This document shows, one piece after another, positions 56,500-64,000 of a stretch of 64,000 bases of DNA. The stretch's first letter is position 1. Each line of letters begins with the position of its first letter. The notes beneath the pieces are model-generated. The model ran no database searches. It was given only the letters and a program-made list of their open reading frames with translations, and was not told the DNA's origin. The stretch is from Eledone cirrhosa (lineage: Eukaryota), in NCBI GenBank assembly GCA_964016885.1, contig OZ024740.1:61690001-61754000 (forward strand). Reading direction: 5' to 3'. Position numbers and translations under genes: made by a program.

Positions 56500-56840
56500 T
56501 CATCATCATCATCATCATTTTACGTCCACTTTTCCCTGTTTGCAAGGGTGGGACGGGAACTGGGTCTGGCTTGATTTCTACAGCTGGATGCCCTTCCTAA
56601 CACCAACCTCATTTACAGTGAGTGCTGGGTGCTTTTTTGCCGTGGCGCCTACACGTCCACTTTACAGTGGAATGATAGGGACCTCAGTCCCTATCATCTC
56701 ATTTCTACAGCTGAGTAAACTGGAGCAATGTGAAATGAAGTGTCTTGCTCAAGGAAACAACACATCACCCGGTCTGAGAATTGAACTCACAACCTTTCGA
56801 TTGCAAGGCCAATGCTCTAACCACTAAGCCATGTGCCTCC
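56500..56840 (-). mobile_element. Duplicate of the SINE 43431-43772
   Basis: Same sequence and flank. Confidence 0.9.
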
Positions 56841-56890
<50 letters not shown>

Positions 56891-56919
56891 TTGTATATAT
56901 GTGTATATCTGTATATATG

Positions 56920-56970
<51 letters not shown>

Positions 56971-57031
56971 ATATATATATATATATATGTATACATGTAT
57001 ATATGTATGTATATATATATATATACATGTA

Positions 57032-58621
<1,590 letters not shown>

Positions 58622-58805
58622 ATATACATGTATATATATATATATATATGTATATCTGTTAGAACACGAAAAGTGTGAAACAACAGAATGTTCACTTTTC
58701 GTGTTCTAACATATATGCCTAGCTTCTTCATAAATTTTTCGGGGATAGCCGTGGTGGTGGTGATCGTATGTCATTGGCTAATTTTCAACCAATCAGAGTA
58801 AGTGT

Positions 58806-58836
<31 letters not shown>

Positions 58837-60153
58837 CTATTCCCCCTCTCTCTATATATATCTTACGCTTTCGCTTTACACTCCTCCCCTTCAATAACAC
58901 ATTTCCCCCTCTCTATATATCTCTTCCACTGTTACTTACGCCTGTTTCTCTCTATCTGTTCCGTCTCTATATATATCTCTCTTACTCTTTCGCTTTGCAC
59001 TCCTCCCCTTCAATACCATCTCTCCCCCTCTCTATATATTTGTTACTCTATCGCTGCAAGCTCCTCTCCTTCAATTTATCAATTACACACGCTTTACACT
59101 CCTTTATCCCCAGCGCCCCTATATATACACCCCCCTCCCGCATCTATATTTTAATGTTCCGTTGCACCGTGAATATATGTGTCTATATATATATACATAT
59201 ATATTGTATATACACATTCATGTATGTGTATACACACTCATGTATGTATATACACTGGTTTTATGTGTGTATTGTAAATGTGTACTGTTAAAACACGAAA
59301 CTAACATTCGATTGACATTTTGATTACCTGTACAGGCAATAGTTATTAGAATGCTGTTGAAGTGTGTATATATTTTTGGGGGACATCCTGTATATACACA
59401 CATTATATATAATACAATAAACAGATAAATACACACATATATATATGAGCTTATTTAATTATAAATATTGTGAATTTTTAACTCAGTTCAATTATAAATG
59501 GCTTCTACAGGACTAGAACTGTTTCATTCGAAAGAAATCATCATAATATTGAGAGGGGGGACTAGATAAAATATTTCAAATCAAATGTGTATAAGTTATA
59601 AGTTAAAATGTATAAATAGAGACGATAGTGGAGGTATATCTGTTTAGTGGAACAGTAGACGATAGAATTAAATACAGACGAGAATCTCCCTTTAATGAAA
59701 CAGCAGACGATAGAATTAAGGCAATTTAAATTTTAAGCATTTGCATTTCATCGTTACGGGGTCGATAAAATAAAGTACCAGTAATACACTGTCACTATAA
59801 GTAGACGACTTTCAAATTGAATTGTTGGTTCCATTTCTTTAGTATTTTCAATTGTAGTTATCTACTTAAAAAGCGTTACACGGTTAGAGACATAATTGGT
59901 AAGTTATATCTTCCCTATTAAACCATTGCATTATTTCGCCTACAATAGAACAAAAATGAAATGTTCTTTAAAGAAACAGGAATATAACTTTATAAAAAAA
60001 AAAGTTGCATCCGCTTCTTTTATCATTGATAATTTTTTCGTTTTAATATTAATTGTTTTTTGTAGTTGTTTATATTAAAAATCTTACTGTAATATTTACT
60101 TAAACGAAGGCAGACATCTAAACTTATAGATTAATCTTGAGCGAAGGACTAGA

Positions 60154-60246
<93 letters not shown>

Positions 60247-61233
60247 GAAGAATGATAACATTTCAAGCAAAGAGTTTAATTAGGTAATGACTTACAAATT
60301 TGTTTCAGTATATATTTAATATAATATTAATATATTTTGTAATATTATTAACTAATTATTATAATTAGCGCTTCAGGCTTTGTCTATATACTGAAACAAA
60401 TTTGTAAGTCATTACCTAATTAAACTCTTTGCTTGAAATTTTATCACTCTTCGTTTTGAATTTCTCCTAAGTATTCAATACTCTGTTGAGAAATACATTT
60501 TACATAAACAGTCTTTGTACCATTTATACGGTATTAATTACTTATATTTATATATATATATATATATATATATAGCGTATGATTAGAACTGTGTTTATTA
60601 TTAATATTTTAATGGATTTAATGAAAAATTTTAGGTGTTCATATATATATTCTAAAAATGCGCGAAATCGTGAATCCGCGATAGTTGAACCGCCAAGTAG
60701 CGAGGTATCACTGTATATATGTTTAAATATATAGTGTAGCTGTGATGTATCTCGCGAGTGAATCGAGACCTGTCACTGATTTTGGTGTCCCCACTGCCGA
60801 TGTGAATGAGCAACGCTGCACTTGTGAATTGGGTCTTGATGTTGCAGGCAGTTCATATACTTACAATGATGCGGTCCCACAAGCTTGTTCACATTCCTGT
60901 GCTAATAATCTAGATGGGCGTATTAAATTGGATGTGAAAGCAGCTTACCGGATGCGGAATCGGGAGAAGTTGAGACAAAAACAGGCCGATTATAGAGCTG
61001 TGAATTTTGCTAAATTAACACAAAAACAGGCCAAGTATAGATGTTCAAAACGGTATGAGTTGGCAAACAAGCAGGCCAAGTATAGATCTGCAAATTCAGC
61101 TATTATATCTCAAAAGCAAGCCGAGCGTAGAGCTTCTAAACATACCGAGTTGGCTAAAGAGCAGACCAAGTACAGATCTGCAAATATCTTATTGCACAAA
61201 CAATAATTCTGCACAAATGTTGCTCCATTATTT

Positions 61234-61414
61234 TGGCAGTATTGGTAGAGGGTCGGATGCCATGCTTTCCAGCATAGTTACGTCCCTTTACGATCTGAGT
61301 TCAAATCCTGCCGAGGTTGACTTTGCCTTTCATCCTTATGGGGTTGATAAAATAAAGTACCAGTAATGCACTGGGTAATTGCTGGCCTTGTGCCTAAAGT
61401 AGAAACAATTATTA
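61234..61414 (+). mobile_element. Duplicate of the SINE 48146-48326
   Basis: Same sequence at offset 13088. Confidence 0.82.
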
Positions 61415-61596
61415 GATCTAATGTTGCAACGATACAGTTAAATGTTGTCTGTGTATTTTAAAAAAGATTTGCTTATAATCTTTTCAAATTTCATTACGCC
61501 AATGATTCAAGCTCAAATTGACATTATCTAAAAAATTGTACAAACAGCGGTGGATTAGCAGTAGTGAACAGATAAATCAGTCAATTTATTAAGATT

Positions 61597-62251
61597 GACT
61601 TGGCATCAATCAGCAAGACCTTCATTAGCTGCTCTCCAGCCATCTATTTAAAGCTGTATACATCTATGGTACGAATACACTTGGAGTTCGCGTCATCAGT
61701 CTGGAACCCCTATCTTGCTCAGAACATTGACCTCCTGGAAACTGTTCAGAGACATGCAACCAAGCGCATACCCTCCATCAGACACCTACCATACCCTGAA
61801 TATTTTGCTTCCCTCTGGCAATGGACTTGGTAAACACCCACAAAGTTATTAACCATCCGACCAACAACAACCCCGAACACCTTTTTGATCTCCATGTGTC
61901 TAACACGTGGACATGCCTACAAAGTCAGAAAACAACACAGCTCCCATGACTTTAGGAAATATTTCTTCATGCTCAGAGTTGCTGAAGGATGGAACAAACT
62001 TCCTGCATCAGTTGTTAGCTGATGACACACTGCATCCTTTAAAACCATCATACATTCCGAAATACACCAAAACTACACCTGATGTCCCCCTTCCATACAC
62101 ATGCACATATGTGTATATCATGACTCATGCACTGTTCTTTTTTCCTGACGTTTTTATATTACCCTATGTATTATATATGCACTTTTGATGAGTTGTAGTG
62201 CACCTCAGCATTGTACACAATATTTTCATTATTATTATCATTATTATTATT
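61597..62251 (+). mobile_element. Duplicate of the CR1 fragment
   Basis: Same sequence at offset 13088. Confidence 0.85.
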
Positions 62252-62719
62252 ACACTCATTGATCCATTTTGCACTAACTCTGCATCAAGCACCCTCACCT
62301 AAATATTAACCAATCAAGGATCCAATACAGCTATCTGTTGGATGAGTATTGTATAGTGCCAAAAACGAAACTAATCAGTTTAGCAGAAAGTTTCCAGACA
62401 AGAAACACGCATATTTTGCTATCCTCAAACACGTTTACACATGGCATGAAATATAACTAATCCGAGATGGCTAGGTTTCATCTTCTAATTGGATATACAA
62501 AATCCATTATGTCTTGACAACAACATGAGGTAACATTATGTTATTCACAGACACACTTTGTACACTGTTCCATATCAGAATGTATTTCCTTCGTCACATT
62601 CACAAACAGTATTGAAAATATGTTCTTCGGCAAATAAAAATGTTTTGTTCATAATATTTCAACTAGCGATTGCTCTACTCCACGCACGACCACCATAAAT
62701 TAATGACCAGCTCAACACA

Positions 62720-62894
62720 AGTATTGGTAGAGCGTCAGACACCATGCTTTGCAGTATTGTTATAGTCCTTTGCATTCTAAGTTCAAATCCTGCCGAGGTT
62801 AACTTCGACTTTCATACTTACTAATTCGATAAAATAAAGTACCAGTAATGGACTGCCGTAATGGATTTGTGCCGAAAAATAGAAACACTATTAA
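62720..62894 (+). mobile_element. Duplicate of the SINE 49632-49806
   Basis: Same sequence at offset 13088. Confidence 0.78.
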
Positions 62895-64000
62895 TGTGCA
62901 ATAAGAGCAAAATATAACGACATTGCTCAATTATTTTATCTAATGTTGTAATAACACAAGGAAATGTTGTTTGTGTATTTTTTTTTTATATTTGCTCATA
63001 GGCTTTTACAATTTCGCTCAGCCAACAACTATTAAAAAGTGAGTTGCTTAAGATAACAATTTAATCACAAATTGTTGCTATCTTTTAATACACTCCAACA
63101 AGTCATCAAATTATGTACAATAAAAACAAATCTTATTAATTTGCTCAGGGAATATAAAGAAAATGTATATACACTGATAATTGCAATTGTATGTAAATAT
63201 TTTGTTTTTGTATTGTTTATTTTATGTTTTCTATTATGTATAATATATTGATTTAATATTGATTGTTTTTTGTAGTTGTTTATATTAAAAGTCTGAAAAT
63301 ATTTTTATACATCTTACACTAATATTTATAAGATAATTTATAATAACAATTACATAATCTAATTACATTACAACGATAATTTATTATTAATATATATCCT
63401 GTTTAACTAGAGTTATTACAAGCGTTGCCTTAAAAAAATATTAAACTAGACATGAAAAATGCGCAAGCTCAAAAGTGCCACAGAATGTTATAATAAACCT
63501 TCAAAAGTGTGGGACTAGAGTTGTTGCTAAAAAATATTGTAATCATTATATATCGTACATTCTGTGGCATCCTTTATAAAAATAGCTTAAACCAACGAAG
63601 CCTTTATTTTTACGCTATTTCACTTAGTTAATTCTTAGAGTGTAACATATAAAAATAAATACATCTATGTTTAATGTAATAACAGCTATAAATAATTACG
63701 TAATATTATTATCATATACTCATAGTAACAAAATAATTGTGTTGAAAATTAATATGATGCTTATATGAACGATCAAATCTATAATGATAATTTCTTAAAT
63801 ATACTAATAGTAAAATAATTTAGTTATCTATTGTTACATTTTCATAGAACTATAATATTAACAATCGTATTGCATTATCAAATTTTTATCACTACAAACT
63901 TTCATATTGGAATTACCTTAAGCCACTTATTATTACTTCGCTTTCGTACTTTTACAGCTGTAGATATTGCGCTGTATCTTATATCTAATATCAATATCTC

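Overview
Eukaryotic, repeat-saturated, AT-rich animal DNA with no recognisable host gene. The repeat families look cephalopod/octopus-like; this is inference. Roughly a third of the window is (TA)n microsatellite with G/C interruptions, and almost all long ORFs in the track are translations of it. The arrays host many retroelements. There are three RTE-clade LINE families (two full-length intact copies at 3007-6084 and 39912-43031, one gap-truncated copy at 29459-32221, and many 5'-truncated copies), all with a C4HC3 PHD-type finger inside the RT region. Also present are a tRNA/CORE-type SINE whose tail matches family A, a bipartite RTE derivative, a Penelope-like GIY-YIG element with an inverted terminal repeat, CR1 remnants, small MITE-like elements and a 50/59-bp satellite. 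Five type I hammerhead ribozyme folds from three different elements can be read directly from the sequence. Two of them are a U3-A8 core variant in a 591-bp tandem unit that resembles a retrozyme or Penelope pseudo-LTR. The right part of the window (about 52.0-64 kb) is a near-identical second copy of about 33.4-50.9 kb. It lacks both the full-length family C LINE and the hammerhead tandem element, so filled and empty sites sit side by side. There is a 200-N assembly gap at 29258-29457.
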